A stretch of 64,000 nt of DNA from Eledone cirrhosa (Eukaryota): contig OZ024749.1 of the NCBI GenBank assembly GCA_964016885.1, positions 22,506,001 through 22,570,000 of the forward strand, in the 5' to 3' direction. Below the pieces are notes generated by a model, which had not been told where the DNA came from, did no database searches, and worked only from the letters and a program-made list of their open reading frames with translations. Below are positions 15,141 through 30,605 of the stretch, in pieces. The position numbers and the translations under genes were made by a program. How positions within the stretch are numbered: position 1 is the first letter of the stretch; each line of letters starts with the position of its first letter.

Positions 15141-15143
15141 ACA

Positions 15144-15182
<39 letters not shown>

Positions 15183-15430
15183 ACAGTTTGCAGGAAAAAA
15201 CAGAACACAAGCAATGACAACACGGAGCAGAGATCGATGCAATATAAATCTATTAATTATTGAAAGAATCAATTTTACAGGAAATACTTAATAATATTTA
15301 TCTCACCTAGCTTAATGAGACGACCAGTTAATCTCGATTCTACCTGCTTATCTATTTGTCATTTATTGATTTATAAATCGATCGACGGATCGATACGTTT
15401 GACTCTTATAATACCTAACACCTAGTCTCA

Positions 15431-15503
<73 letters not shown>

Positions 15504-15505
<2 letters not shown>

Positions 15506-16052
15506 TGGCTGCCAACTCGTTTTCGAGTACGGCCACTACTTCATATCCATGTAGGAGAAGCCTACTGATGCGCTGAACGAGTGTGACTTTTTAGTCCAGC
15601 CAGCGACTTGAAAACTCTGGTACAAACACTGCACTTGTGACAATTATTGACACATATTGCTGGGCCCATGGTACCATGTGACGACAAGTGCAGAGAGATC
15701 TCCAGATATAAAGCAATGCCTGTGCCGTGAAGCTTTTATAGTGAGCAAAGGCACTGCACAAAGCCAGTCCCACTCTCTTAACCAAGATGATATTTACCAA
15801 AAAGAAGAACAACTCAACATCATTGGATACCATCAGGGTTGCAGGTGTTATATCAGAGTTTTCCGTCTCCTAGAATTCTGCCTTGACAAAGGCTAAGGGG
15901 TCATCTCTCCCGGTGATTTTGGATGGCCATTGACTCTTAAGAGCTCCTTTGCCGTTTGACAGGTTTTGTTCAACCTGTCTAATGGTCGGGTCATTGGCGA
16001 CTAAACTGGCAACCCCATCAAGGTTTCTTGGTGAGGAGGGTAACTTTGGGCA
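15504..16052 (-). mobile_element. Internally deleted RTE-clade LINE derivative (5' UTR-like head fused to C2H2-finger tail); 3' copy at 29233-29385
   Basis: Tail encodes [22 protein letters not shown]; head has ctaggagacggaaaactctga, resembling RTE 5' UTRs; both copies end cagccacca-(TA)n. Confidence 0.6.
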
Positions 16053-16802
16053 TATATATATATATACAAATATATATACAAATATAAATTTTGCGAGAAT
16101 CGCATTTCACCGCGTAGAACTTAGCGAAACGCAACTTCCATATTGTGCGGACAAGCGCTCCATGGATATGAAGAAGAAGATATCAGAGCTATAAACATAA
16201 GTTAAAATGGTCATACACGCTGAGACGATGGTTAAGAAGCCATTAACCACCATAGCCAAAAAAGCGAACAAGCTAAACGGGTCAAACAAAATGAGATATG
16301 ATTGAAATATTTACGCGGATCCTCGGGGAAGAAGGAATACTCCGAAATTGGGTTTCTGCAACACCTAAATATAAAATACTGTCTGCTTATAAAAAATAAG
16401 CTTTTGGTATAATGATCGAACAAGGCATCGCTTTCTCAACGGGTTTTTGTTCTTCTTGCGCCAGAATCTCGCAGGTTATGAAAGCACATTTTGGCCAATG
16501 AATTCAGCATGTGTAGTTATTGCAAACATTTGCAAAATCCGCACAAAACGAATTAAGGTCTCTACGGAGTTGTTTTTAAAATAAACTTAAGCGATTAATC
16601 AGCCAATAGAATTAACTAAAAGCCAAAAAATATTAATTGGTTAATCGCTTGACTTGGGAGATTAATACAAATATAAATTTAACACATATATATGTATATT
16701 TATATATACAATATATATATATATAAGTATATGTATACATATATATATGAATACATATAAATATATATATATATGAATACATGTAAGTATATATATATAT
16801 GT

Positions 16803-17466
16803 AAGTTATTCCGGGTTAGAATCGGAGGTTACCACAGTAAGTAAGGTACTCAATACATAGCAGAGTAAAAAAGTTTTAATATAGAAGAGCTTCTACAGGA
16901 CTAGAACTGTTTCATTCGTGAGAAATCATCAGGAAGCTGGCTGTCCAAGTATGTGGTGGTATTTATATCTTTTCTTTTCTGGTGGTAGGAGAGGGTGGGG
17001 ATTGGGATGGGTGGAGGTCATTGGTTAAAGGATTTATATATTAAGAGAAACTTCCCTTGAATCTGATGATGAAACCCTTTCTGCCTTTGTCACCCTTAAA
17101 GAATTAGCTTCTAAAGAATGTCCCTTTCCTTTAAACCATTGAACCCCACACATCCTGTAGACACCTGTCTTACAGGCATTGTTAGTCAAAGTGATAAACA
17201 AGGAGTGGTATTCCAAATTTGAATTTATTTACAGTATTCTTTCTGCCTTTGTTAATATTATAGCTTTAAAGAATTAGCTTTTAATGAACTCCCTTTTCAT
17301 TAAATCCTTCAACCAATGACCTCCACCCATCCCAATCCCCACCCTCTCCTACCACCAGAAAAGAAAAGATATAAATACCACTACTTACTTGGACAGCCAA
17401 TTTCCTGCTGATTTCTCACGAATGAAACAGTTCTAGTCCGGTAGAAGCTCTTCTATATTAAAACTA
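16803..17466. mobile_element. Family B fold-back insertion; intact HHR 16888-16938 (-), decayed copy ~17400-17450 (+)
   Basis: Minus strand agcttc-CTGATGA-tttc-tcac-gaat-GAAACAG-ttctagtc-CTGTA-gaagct; ~16872-17026 inverted at ~17310-17466. Confidence 0.87.
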
Positions 17467-17553
17467 TATATATATATGTGTGTGTGTGTGTACGTGTACA
17501 TATGCATACTTACATTTATGTATCAGCTGTGCTAGGGCGAGAGAGGTTTATAG

Positions 17554-18416
<863 letters not shown>

Positions 18417-18445
18417 ATATATATATATATATATATAATATATAT

Positions 18446-19084
<639 letters not shown>

Positions 19085-19804
19085 ATATATTTTATCTGTC
19101 GTATGCTCTTATCTATCATTTACATATGGAGTGTATCTCCCTATGTCTATATTAGTTGCTTTATAGAATATTTTTTGCTAATCTGCCTCATTCAATATTC
19201 TTCTTCTTCTTCTTCTTCTTCTTCTTCTTCTTCTTCTTCTTCTTCTTCTTCTTCTTCTTCTTCTTCTTCTTCTTCTTCTTCTTCTTCTTCTTCTTCGCCG
19301 TTTTTATTCCCGAGAGAGCCATGATGGTGGTCCGGGTTGTGGTGGTGCTGTTGTTGGTGGCTGTGTTGGTCGTGCTGCTGGTGGTGGTCGTGGTGGTGTT
19401 CGTGGTGCTGCTGATGGTGCTGGTGGTTATGGTGATTGTGGCGGTGGTGGTTGTGGTGGTGGTGGTGTTGGTGGTGGCTGTGTTAGTGGTGTTGGTGTTG
19501 GTGGTGGTGCTGCTGCTGCTGCTGCCACAATCCTAAGTCACGCCTTCATATAGTGAGAGAAACCTTATGTGATATGATGTAACTTAGAATACCTATATCT
19601 AGATATACTATGTCGATATACGACATAATCTTTGATATCATTTGATGTAAGTAGGAAGCAGTGCTGCCGGAAGTTATCAAGTCGTAGAGAAATTTATATG
19701 TCTTCTCTGATTATCATTTCGTAAAGTCACATGACCTAATGGTTAAGATGCTTGTCGTACGATCGTAATAGCATCGGTTCGGTTCCTGGACAGGCTGCTA
19801 CGTT

Positions 19805-20013
19805 GGGCGGTGGATTGGGAGTATCGGTAGAGCATCAGACACCATGCTTTGCAGCATAGAGTGACGGCCCTTTACGGTCTAAGTTCAAATACCGCCGAGG
19901 TTAACTTTACCTTTCATCCTTACGGGGTTGATAAAATAAAGTACTAGTAAAGTACTAGTAACTTTCCCCTCCGCCCAAATTACTGGCCTTGTGCCAATAC
20001 TAGAAATCATTAT
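19805..20013 (+). mobile_element. tRNA-derived SINE; further copies at 20218-20410 (+), 38600-38783 (+), 41893-42058 (-), 42335-42840 (-, tandem), 51925-52372 (-, tandem)
   Basis: A-box-like tgggagtatcgg, B-box gttcaaatacc, conserved ctttcatccttacggggtYgataaaataaagtac body, ggccttgtgcc tail. Confidence 0.85.
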
Positions 20014-20678
20014 TTCATATTGCTACAATACACTCATCTGAAATGTCTAACTGACTTCCCGCCATATTGTCTGCAGATGGTGTTAAAAGGTCACTACTAA
20101 GACACTTCAAACATAATTGCAGTGGAATTGACTGAGTAAGATGGAAAGAAAGACAGCGTGGTTGTATAGATAGAGGTGAGATAGAAAGGACATTTTGTAT
20201 ACGCGTGAATATAGGTCACGAAGTTGGCAGAGTTTTTCGAACATTGTGGTAATAGTTCAGAGTCTCTGCGTGAGCAGTTCAAATTCTTATGAGGTCAACT
20301 TTGCCTTTCCTTCTTCCAGGGTCAATAAAATAAGGCATTAGTTAAATACAAAGGGTGTGGGTCTATATCTGCATATTCTGTACTGGTCTAGTGTATGTTT
20401 GGCACAAGACCATTTCCTAATATAATAACTCTCTTATTTATTAGAAAATTAATAAAGAAAAGTTATAATTTAAAATGGTCTAGTGATTTTGGCCACCTTT
20501 CTGACGCTCTCTCTCTCTCTCTCTCTCACTCCCAACCCCCCTCTCTCTTTCTCCCTTTCTGATTTCTAAGGAATAAATCGGTTGTGTTCCTACCGAGAGA
20601 GGAATGGGTTCTACCAAGTTTAAATACCATAGTCACACCGTATGTAATGAAAGCTCCTCTTCGATAAAAGGACCATCG

Positions 20679-21220
20679 TATATACTTACCTTATGCATAT
20701 TAACGGCTGAGTAGCCCAATTTGCATATCGAGTGGGTTAATCGGCCGGGTGCACCGAAAACGATTCATTCATTCATTTTTCATTTTTTCCGTTTATCGTT
20801 TTCGGTGCACCCGGCCGATTAACCCACTCGATATGCAAATTGGGCTACTCAGCCGTTAATATGCATAAGGTAAGTATATATGTTCAACAATCTGGCAGGA
20901 AGGTATACGTTGCTGACGATAGCTAATAAGCTTGAAACTAGTACAGCGTTCCTTTGTCAGTGTTGAACAAACGAGCAACGATGGTTGCTGGACACTACGG
21001 CGTAATACGGGATGTTTGTTTACAAACACACCGAGCATTATAATAAATGTTCGGTGAATCCATACGTACATTTATATATGTGTGCATGTATGTATATATA
21101 CATATATACATACTACTGTACGTCTGTATACATATATGTATGTGCGTGTACATACTTATATTTATGTAACAGCCGTACTAAGAGTGAGAAATGAAATTTC
21201 GTTTCATTTTTTCCGTTTAT
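20679..21220 (+). mobile_element. Terminally redundant 424-nt non-coding HHR element with 86-bp fold-back head
   Basis: tttcattttttccgtttat at 20778 and 21202; 20679-20764 is the inverse of 20795-20880. Confidence 0.8.
20907..20949 (+). ncRNA. Canonical minimal type I hammerhead
   Basis: acgttg-CTGACGA-t-agct-aata-agct-t-GAAAC-ta-GTA-cagcgt. Confidence 0.9.
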
Positions 21221-21231
21221 ATATATATATT

Positions 21232-21264
<33 letters not shown>

Positions 21265-21746
21265 ACATCGATTCCAGTGTGTTACTGGTTCTTTATTGTA
21301 CCGACCTCGAAAGGATGAGAAGCAATGCTGACCTCGTAAGTGTTGTAACTCAGAACGTAAATGGACGTAACTCTGTGCCGAAAAATGTGATGTCCGACGC
21401 TTTAGCGATTACTGCCATTTCACCACCCTTTGAGCACAACATATCTTATGGCAGCATTTTAAGGTCATTATAACTGTTAAATAATAGGTTAGCTTAGCAA
21501 AGGCCAAGATAGACTTCAAGGGTTTATTTTTGAGACAATGTTTAACGGAGGGCTGCCCTTCTTGGCATGAACACTTGAGTAACTTCTTACTACATGAAGG
21601 TATAAGGTGTAACTATTGAAAACCAGAAACATATAGTGATTTAAAACAAAATTGCACACAGAAACCTGGCGGGCATATATTTCATTGATTACTTTTTGTC
21701 TAATCGTGATATAAACAATAACCTTAACCAATAGCCTTAAACAATG

Positions 21747-21835
<89 letters not shown>

Positions 21836-21917
21836 GTGTGTGTGTACTTTTTTAGGGGACGAGGAAGTTTGAACCCGAAGCAACATTGTTGTGTTATACA
21901 CACATACAAACACACGC

Positions 21918-21954
<37 letters not shown>

Positions 21955-22289
21955 AGTATGCACGAATGTATATATATATATATATATATATACGTATATG
22001 TATATATATATGCACATGTGTATCTCTTACTCTCTCTCTCGCTATATATATATATATATATACTATTGGTAATCTGACATACGTGTGAAGTATACGGTAA
22101 TTTCATAGCTATAAGATTATATTGCGTTTTGTTTGTTTTTCTTCGTATTTAACAAATACAGAAGTTGACATTTAGCTTTGATATTTCAATGAACTATTGG
22201 CAAATATCAAGTTACCATATTCAATAAATTCATTTAATATATGTATATATATAATATGTATATGTATATATAATATGTATATATGTATA

Positions 22290-22332
<43 letters not shown>

Positions 22333-22368
22333 ATATATATATGTATATATATTTATTATATATGTATG

Positions 22369-22446
<78 letters not shown>

Positions 22447-22864
22447 TATATACATATATATATATATGTATATATATACATATATGCATACTATATATAT
22501 TATTTATATATATATATAAATATATTATGCTATATATATATTCGCATATAACTGTGTGTATAACTGTGTTTGTGGTTATGTATACTGTGTGTGTGTGTGT
22601 TGTTATATTTACTCTGTGTCTGTGTGTGTGTGTGTGGTTACATGTACTGTGTGTGTGTTTATCTGTGTATGGACACATATTCTGTGCGTGTGTTTGTATT
22701 AGAGAGTATGTGTATGAGTGTGTGTGTATTAAAGAGTGTGTGTGTTAGTGTGTGTGTATTAGAGAGATTGTCTGTTAGTGTGTGTGTGTATTAGAGAGTG
22801 TGTGCGTATTACAGTGTGTGTGTGTGAGTGTGTGTGTATTAGAGAGTGTGTATATATATATACG

Positions 22865-22932
<68 letters not shown>

Positions 22933-23899
22933 TGCATATAAATATGTATACACACACACAAACAGACATATATATATATATTTGTATATATTTATATATA
23001 TATCTGTAGAGTGAGTGAAAGAGAGAGAGAGATAGAGAGGGGGAGAGTGTGTGTGTGTGTATGTGTGTGTGTGAGAGAGACAGTGTGTGTGTGTGTGTGT
23101 ATGTGTGTGTGTGAGAGAGAGAGTGTGTGTGTGTGTGTATGCGCATACCTGGTTAAACATATAATATCAATGATGATTTAATGATTTAAATAATTCCTCC
23201 ATATACTTACGCACTCACACACACTAACACACACACTCTCTAATACACACACACTCTCAAATACACACACACTCACACACACACTATAATACACACACAC
23301 TCTCTAATACACCCACACACACACTAACAGACACTCTCTCTAATACACACACACACTAACAGACACACTCTTTAATACACACACACACTCATACACACTC
23401 TCTAATACACGCACACGCACAGAACATGTGTCAATACACAGATAAACACACACACAGTACATGTAACCACACACACACAGACACAGAGCAAATATAACAA
23501 CTCACACACACACAGTATACATAACCACGCACACAGTTATACGCTCTCACACACTATATGTAACCACACACATACACACACTACAAGTAACCACACACAG
23601 TATATATAACAACACACACACACTTTCACGCTCTCACACACAGTATATATAACCACACACAACAGTATAGGTATCCATAGTCACATATACACGCACTTAT
23701 GTACGTTTCTGTATTTAATAATTTATTTAGAAACGTTGACAATCACAGTCTCCATTAATATATTGACATATAAAGATTAAACTACAGTTAGATAATACAC
23801 TTCCTTTTTACCTTCACTGCCTTATAGGTATCACGTTAGAAGGAGAATCAGAGTGGACAGAGAGGCACTGCACCTCAGTAAATTTACTGAAAGGTGGGT

Positions 23900-24193
23900 G
23901 AATATGACAAAAAAGGCCCGAGTGATTGGGCCTTCTCTGTATATAAACCTGAAGGTTGAAGAAGAGAGCAGAAGGAAGAAAGGAGCACTTGCATAACACG
24001 CTCCTGAAGTTGAGGGTTGTTCTATCTACGGGGTATTAAAGAACCCATTTGTGCCCCCCCCCCCACTATTGGGGATTTCGATTGTTGTAATTGTTTGTTT
24101 CGATATTTTTTTTTACACGACTGTATGTAAATTCCCCGGCATGTGTCTTTGCATTGTCCCCTTTTCTTATGTGCCCTTGTGGCAAATAAAGAA

Positions 24194-24194
<1 letters not shown>
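23900..24194 (+). mobile_element. Probable LINE 3' end abutting (CTAT)n; related end at 42062-42320 (-)
   Basis: Both end in ccttgtggYMaataaa; no convincing ORF. Confidence 0.35.
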
Positions 24195-24228
<34 letters not shown>

Positions 24229-24574
24229 AATCTGCCTGTTTGTCTGTCTCCCTGTGTGTCTGTGTGTCTGTGTGTCCGTCTGTCTGTATCTCTTCACCTC
24301 TCTCTCTCCCCCTCTCTCTCTCTTTCTCTCCATCTTCCTCTTTCTCCCCATCTCGCTCTCTCTATATATGTATGCGCATATTTAAACATATATGTATGTG
24401 TGTAGTATCAAATGCACGAAACAGACTATATGATTATATATATGTAAAATATTGTGTGTGCATTTACTTATGTGTTAGCATTTACGTGTGTTTGTGTGTA
24501 TGTGTATCTGTGTGTGTGTACCTATGTTTTTTTATGTGTTTGTGTATATGTATTTGTGTGAGTGTGAGTGTGTG

Positions 24575-24619
<45 letters not shown>

Positions 24620-24729
24620 CTTTTGTGTTCTTGCGTCAGTTTTTGCCAGGAGAATGAGTTTGAACTTTCGAATAAGGTATTCAAATACGTTTACGGATTT
24701 AATTTTCTTGCACAGATAATATATGATAC

Positions 24730-25115
24730 AATATAATAAAAATATAATCTATTATTAATATATTATCTTATAATAAAATATAAGATAATATAATATAAAA
24801 TACAATAATATAATATATTATAATAAAATATAATAAAATATAATATAATATAATATAATATAATATAATATAATATAATATATATGATATAATAAAAATA
24901 TAATATAATATAATATAATATAATATAATATAATATAATATAATATAATATATAATATATAATATAATATATATAATATATATAATATAATATAATATAT
25001 AATGTAATATATATAATATAATATAATATAATATAATATAATATATAATATAATATAATATAATATAATATAATTTAATACAATATGTGATATAATATAT
25101 AATATAATATAATAT
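24730..25115. repeat. (ATATA)n pentanucleotide satellite
   Basis: Direct repeat. Confidence 0.9.
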
Positions 25116-25436
25116 ACAATCTTCCAATTTATACTCAACGTTAATACTTCGTAAATGTCAAAATGACCAAATTATTTACATCATTTTTAATACAAAAGAT
25201 TAGAGATCTTTCAACAAACAAACGCAGTACATTATCAACGTAAATAATACTATACTTAGAATATCTGAGCAATGCTTGCAGAACCGTGTCTTCAAATCTA
25301 TTGTTATTGTTAGTTGTCTTTGAAATGAACCAAGCTAAATCAATTACGAAATATATTAGGTCGTCAAGTATGCAATTTGTAGAAATGGCAGAAAAAAACA
25401 ACAAATTTCTACAAATCTGATACTTGACGACCCATA

Positions 25437-25529
<93 letters not shown>

Positions 25530-25532
<3 letters not shown>

Positions 25533-25998
25533 AAAATGTTTAACCCCGACGGCAGAGCTCAAGCCGTTTCGAACGCTATTTCTGGACTAAATTACAATTT
25601 TTAACGTGGTAATAAATAGCCGAACTTTTCAAGTGGTAATTCCTTATATGGGGAGATTGTAGTTGTCAAAATGATTGGTCAAAATTTCTTGTAAACACAA
25701 TTAAATCTTTCATGGCAGTATAGAATTCACTTTCAACGCTTGACCGGCCCCACCCACTCCCTCATTGTTTTGACGAATCCTTTTGACAACTACAACCTTC
25801 CCATATAATTACCCCTTGAAACGTTCAGCTATTTATTACCACGCTAAAAATTCTGATTTAGTCCAGAAATAGCCGTTGAAACGGCTTGAGTTCTGCCGTC
25901 GGGGTTAAACATTTTCTTATTACCCACTCTACTACCATAAGTATTGAGTAATCTGGTGCGTTATGGTCCATCTGGTTCCTTATCACACCTCCTTCGCG
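25530..25998. mobile_element. Family A-related fold-back insertion; HHRs 25543-25637 (-, core TTGAAAA) and 25811-25905 (+, core TTGAAAC)
   Basis: Homologous to 2850-3108; GAAAC-ggc-ttgagYtct-gcc-GTC-ggggt on both arms. Confidence 0.85.
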
Positions 25999-26019
25999 AT
26001 ATATATATATATATATATA

Positions 26020-26784
26020 TACCCGAATTACTTGATCGTTTTTTTTTGGCTATGCAAATGATTGTTTAACCATCGTCTCAGTGTGTTTGGCCTTCAACGT
26101 TTGTTATAGCTCTAGTTCATCTGAATCATTGAGCACTTGCCACACATCTCGGAGGTTGTTTTTCGTTATTTCGTGGGCCGAAATGCGAATCTCGATAATT
26201 TATGTTTGTATTTATCTCCAGACTTTAGCTATTGACCAGTTAATTTTCTTGATTTTTTAGTTGATTCTATTGACTGGTGAATAGCTTATGTTAATTTTAA
26301 CCCTTCTGTTGAGAACTCTATTCGATTTGTGATGTTTTTGCATTCTTGCAAAAATATACACAACTGAATTTATTCGCCTGATATAGGGGCTGCCTCCCTT
26401 GCCGATCCCCACGTGGAGTCAGCAATAGTCAGTCCTTGTATTAACATTGAACTAAAACCTGTTGAGAAAGTGGCTTCCTTGTTCAATCATCTTACCAGAA
26501 GCCTGACATTATTTATGTAAGCGGACGGTACTTGATTTAGGAGCCGCAGAAATCCAAATATTGGATTTTACCAACCTTCCAGGGGTCCGGGTAAATTTTC
26601 AATACCCGAATTACTTGTTCGTTTTTTTGGCTATGCGAATGATTGTTTAACCATCGTCTCAGTGTGTTTGGCCTTTAACGTTTGTTATAGCTCTGGTTCA
26701 TCTGAATCATTGAGCACTTGCCGCACATCTCGGAGGTTGTTTTTCCTTATTTCGTGGGCCGAAATGCGAATCTCGATAATTTGT

Positions 26785-26788
<4 letters not shown>
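26020..26788 (+). mobile_element. Non-coding element with ~185-bp terminal direct repeats (unit ~583 nt); diverged relative at 16060-16690 (-)
   Basis: 26020-26210 repeated at 26603-26788; flanked by (TA)n. Confidence 0.75.
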
Positions 26789-26866
<78 letters not shown>

Positions 26867-26931
26867 AAAAATTATCGAGATTCGCATATATATATATATA
26901 TATATATATTGTATATATATATATATGTATA

Positions 26932-27023
<92 letters not shown>

Positions 27024-27027
<4 letters not shown>

Positions 27028-27190
27028 AACCAGTAAGACCCCGACAGCTGAGCTCAAGCCGTTTCGACGTCGAAACGGCTTGAGCTCAGCTGTCGGGGTC
27101 TTACTGGTTCCTATTACCCACTCTACTACCTCAAGTATTGAGTACTTTGGTGCGTTATGGTCCACCTTGTTCCTTACCACATTTCCTTCG

Positions 27191-27193
<3 letters not shown>
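27024..27193. mobile_element. Family A mini-insertion with perfect hairpin head
   Basis: Palindrome centred on tttcgac|gtcgaaa (~27068); holds only the GAAAC...GTC half of the HHR; another 3' tip at 29435-29536. Confidence 0.88.
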
Positions 27194-27247
<54 letters not shown>

Positions 27248-27497
27248 TACACACACACACATATATATACATATATACATATATACATATATACATATAT
27301 ACATATATACATACATATATATATATATATGTATATGTATGTATATATGCATATATGTGTATATATATATATGTGTGGGTGTGTGTGTATATATATATAT
27401 ATATATTTCTTGCGTATATATAGACTCAATGAAACATTATGTAATGTTGCAAGGTTAGCTCGGACTAGGGTAGAGAGTAGGGTGTATTTTTTGTCTT

Positions 27498-27531
<34 letters not shown>

Positions 27532-27872
27532 ATTGTTTAATAAGGTACAATTGGTCGTAGATTAATTTGACATTTCTGCATATTATTTATTAGTGAACCT
27601 TACCACACACACATATATATATATATATACATACATACATGCATAAACGCACACACACTATCTCTTTTTCTGTCTTTATATATATGTGTATGTATATGTA
27701 TGTATATATTCACCCTCTCTCTGTGTATATTTGATATAAAGATATTGTGTATTGTATTGTCTATAAATGATATATGTCTATAAAGTATATGTATATGATA
27801 CACACACACACGCACATATATATATATACCCCCCCCCCCCCAATATATACATATATATATATATATAAATGC

Positions 27873-27927
<55 letters not shown>

Positions 27928-28457
27928 AATGCATACGTATGTACATATATATATATATATATATATATAAATATATATACCAATCACTCACTCTCTCTCT
28001 CTCTCACACACACACACTTATATATATGTGTGTGCTTCTGAGTGTGTGTGTATGTGTACGTATCTTTTGCCATTGTACACCTATGTGTATACCTGCTCCA
28101 TACCTTGTTAGCAGGCAAATGGAAAGCTCTATCTATGGACGAATAATAACAATGAGACAAACTAAAAGATAGATAGAAATCTAGTTATATATTCAGTGAA
28201 GAATATCATAAGATCACGTAATCTCTGTATGACATGCCTCATTAAAAAGAAGCAAAGTTTGTTTAAACAACCAAGGCACTCACTAGGAGTCTTACGTTAT
28301 CATTTCAACTGGAGGAAAAGATTTACCTTCAAATCACGTAGGCGCTCCGTTTCAAGATAAAGCCCTTCAGTATTTTGAAGCAGTCTTGATTAACCTGATT
28401 AAAAAGCTGAGTTTTCGGCACATTTCCAACCCTTACTTAAATACTGTTATCATGATA

Positions 28458-28710
28458 TACGAGGTTGAGCTGACATCTTCATTGGCTGACTATGAAAGAG
28501 TGATGCTAGAACTGTGAAACACTGCATGCTTTGATTTCAAATTTATATTTATTAGTAACTGCATTGCTTCTTTCCATATAAACAGATACCTGACTGTTCA
28601 AAGAAGACTTCAAAAGAAACTAGTAGCGACTACTCTTGAAAATGGACAACATTTGACATCATGGTGTTATCGAGTACATGCAGAAATAGGGTTTATCCAC
28701 CAAGGAGAAT
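28458..28710 (+). pseudogene. Mariner relic: ITR plus degraded transposase N-terminus; related ITR region at 57147-57320
   Basis: tacgagg.. ITR start; from 28642 MDNI*HHGVIEYMQK*GLSTKE resembles the mariner N-terminal HTH; ~90 bp shared with 57147-57235. Confidence 0.55.
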
Positions 28711-29048
28711 CGTATCTTAAACAATCCTCATAACATACAAATTCTTACTGATAGGACAAAGGATCATATGGAACAAGCATGGAAACATACAGCAGTTTCC
28801 AGCCTAATATATATATATATATATATGTATGTATATATATATATATATTTATTAAAATAACAGATTAAAGTTTAAAAGCAAAGAATCGGTGCTTTCACCC
28901 TTAACGGGATCTTCTGAAACTCTAATCTGTTATTTTAATAAATATTTGCTCTAGGGTTCTTATATATCTGATATATATTTATCCTTATCGAACCCTCTTT
29001 GGATTTTAGACTTCAAATTTATTATTATTACTATATATATATATATTA

Positions 29049-29110
<62 letters not shown>

Positions 29111-29573
29111 AGACACCCTTCGGTCACGAATGACCATTTGATTTGCACCTAGAAAGTTTCCCTCCGAGGCACAAGTCCGGGCAAGTTTTATTTGAGGAAG
29201 ACCAGCAGTCGTACATGCATATATATATATATGGTGGCTGCCAACTCGTTTTCGAGTACGGCCACTACTTTATATCCATGTAGGAGAACCCCTACCGATG
29301 CGCTGAACGAGTGTGACTTTTTAGTCCAGCCAGCGACTTGAAAACTCTGGTACAAACACTACACTTGTGACAATTACTGACACACATATATATATATATA
29401 TATGCATACATACATACATACATATATATCAGTGGTCGGGGTTCTGACTCTTTTCCTATTACCCACCCTACTAACCTAAGTATCGAGTACTCTGGTGCAT
29501 TATGGTCCACCTGGTTTCTTACCACATTTTCTTTGTATATATATATACATATATATATGTATATATATATGTA

Positions 29574-29723
<150 letters not shown>

Positions 29724-29743
29724 TATATGTATATATATATGTA

Positions 29744-29780
<37 letters not shown>

Positions 29781-29791
29781 GTATATATGTA

Positions 29792-29849
<58 letters not shown>

Positions 29850-29863
29850 TATACATATATATA

Positions 29864-29944
<81 letters not shown>

Positions 29945-29948
29945 TATG

Positions 29949-29994
<46 letters not shown>

Positions 29995-30015
29995 TACATA
30001 TATATATATATATGT

Positions 30016-30570
30016 AAAGTTATATTTAAAATTGTTGGGTTACAACTAGTAAATATTTATAACTGATATAAAAGCACTCGACAAATATTTGGAGTATATT
30101 TACAATATTAAATAAATGGAAAACTATATTTATAAAACCATATTTATTTCATTATATATATTTCGGGGATATCATATTAACAATATGTTATGCCTTCATC
30201 AGACAAAATACAATATAAACAGTTTTATAGATAAATATATTCGACATACCGTAATAAACATCAACTTCATTTGAAGAGGTTTACTCTAGCAGTGAAAATA
30301 CAGAGAGAAAGAAAGAGAGAAAGAAAAGAGGGAAAAAAGAAAGAAAGAAAGACAAAACGAAGAAGAGGAAGAAAAAGAAGAAAAAGAAAAAGAAGAAATG
30401 CATGGGACAAAATAGAGAGATGGAAAAATAGATAAAGCGAAGAGCTTCATGTAAAGAGACAGAAAGAGATATATATATATATAGAGAGAGGAAATAGAGA
30501 TAGATACATATATATATATAGAAAATTAGGTAGTGGGAGGTCATTTTGAGTAAGTGTATCAATGATACAT

Positions 30571-30605
<35 letters not shown>

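Noticed and set aside
19805-19900. tRNA gene
   Set aside because: A/B boxes belong to a multi-copy SINE head; no cloverleaf
20682-20691. ATACTTACCT matching the U1 snRNA 5' end
   Set aside because: Downstream sequence does not follow U1; it is the inverted copy of a splice-donor-like site in the fold-back
28870-28925. Hammerheads with CAGAAGA core (also 55055-55095)
   Set aside because: Stem I and III pairing is poor; likely decayed copies, not counted
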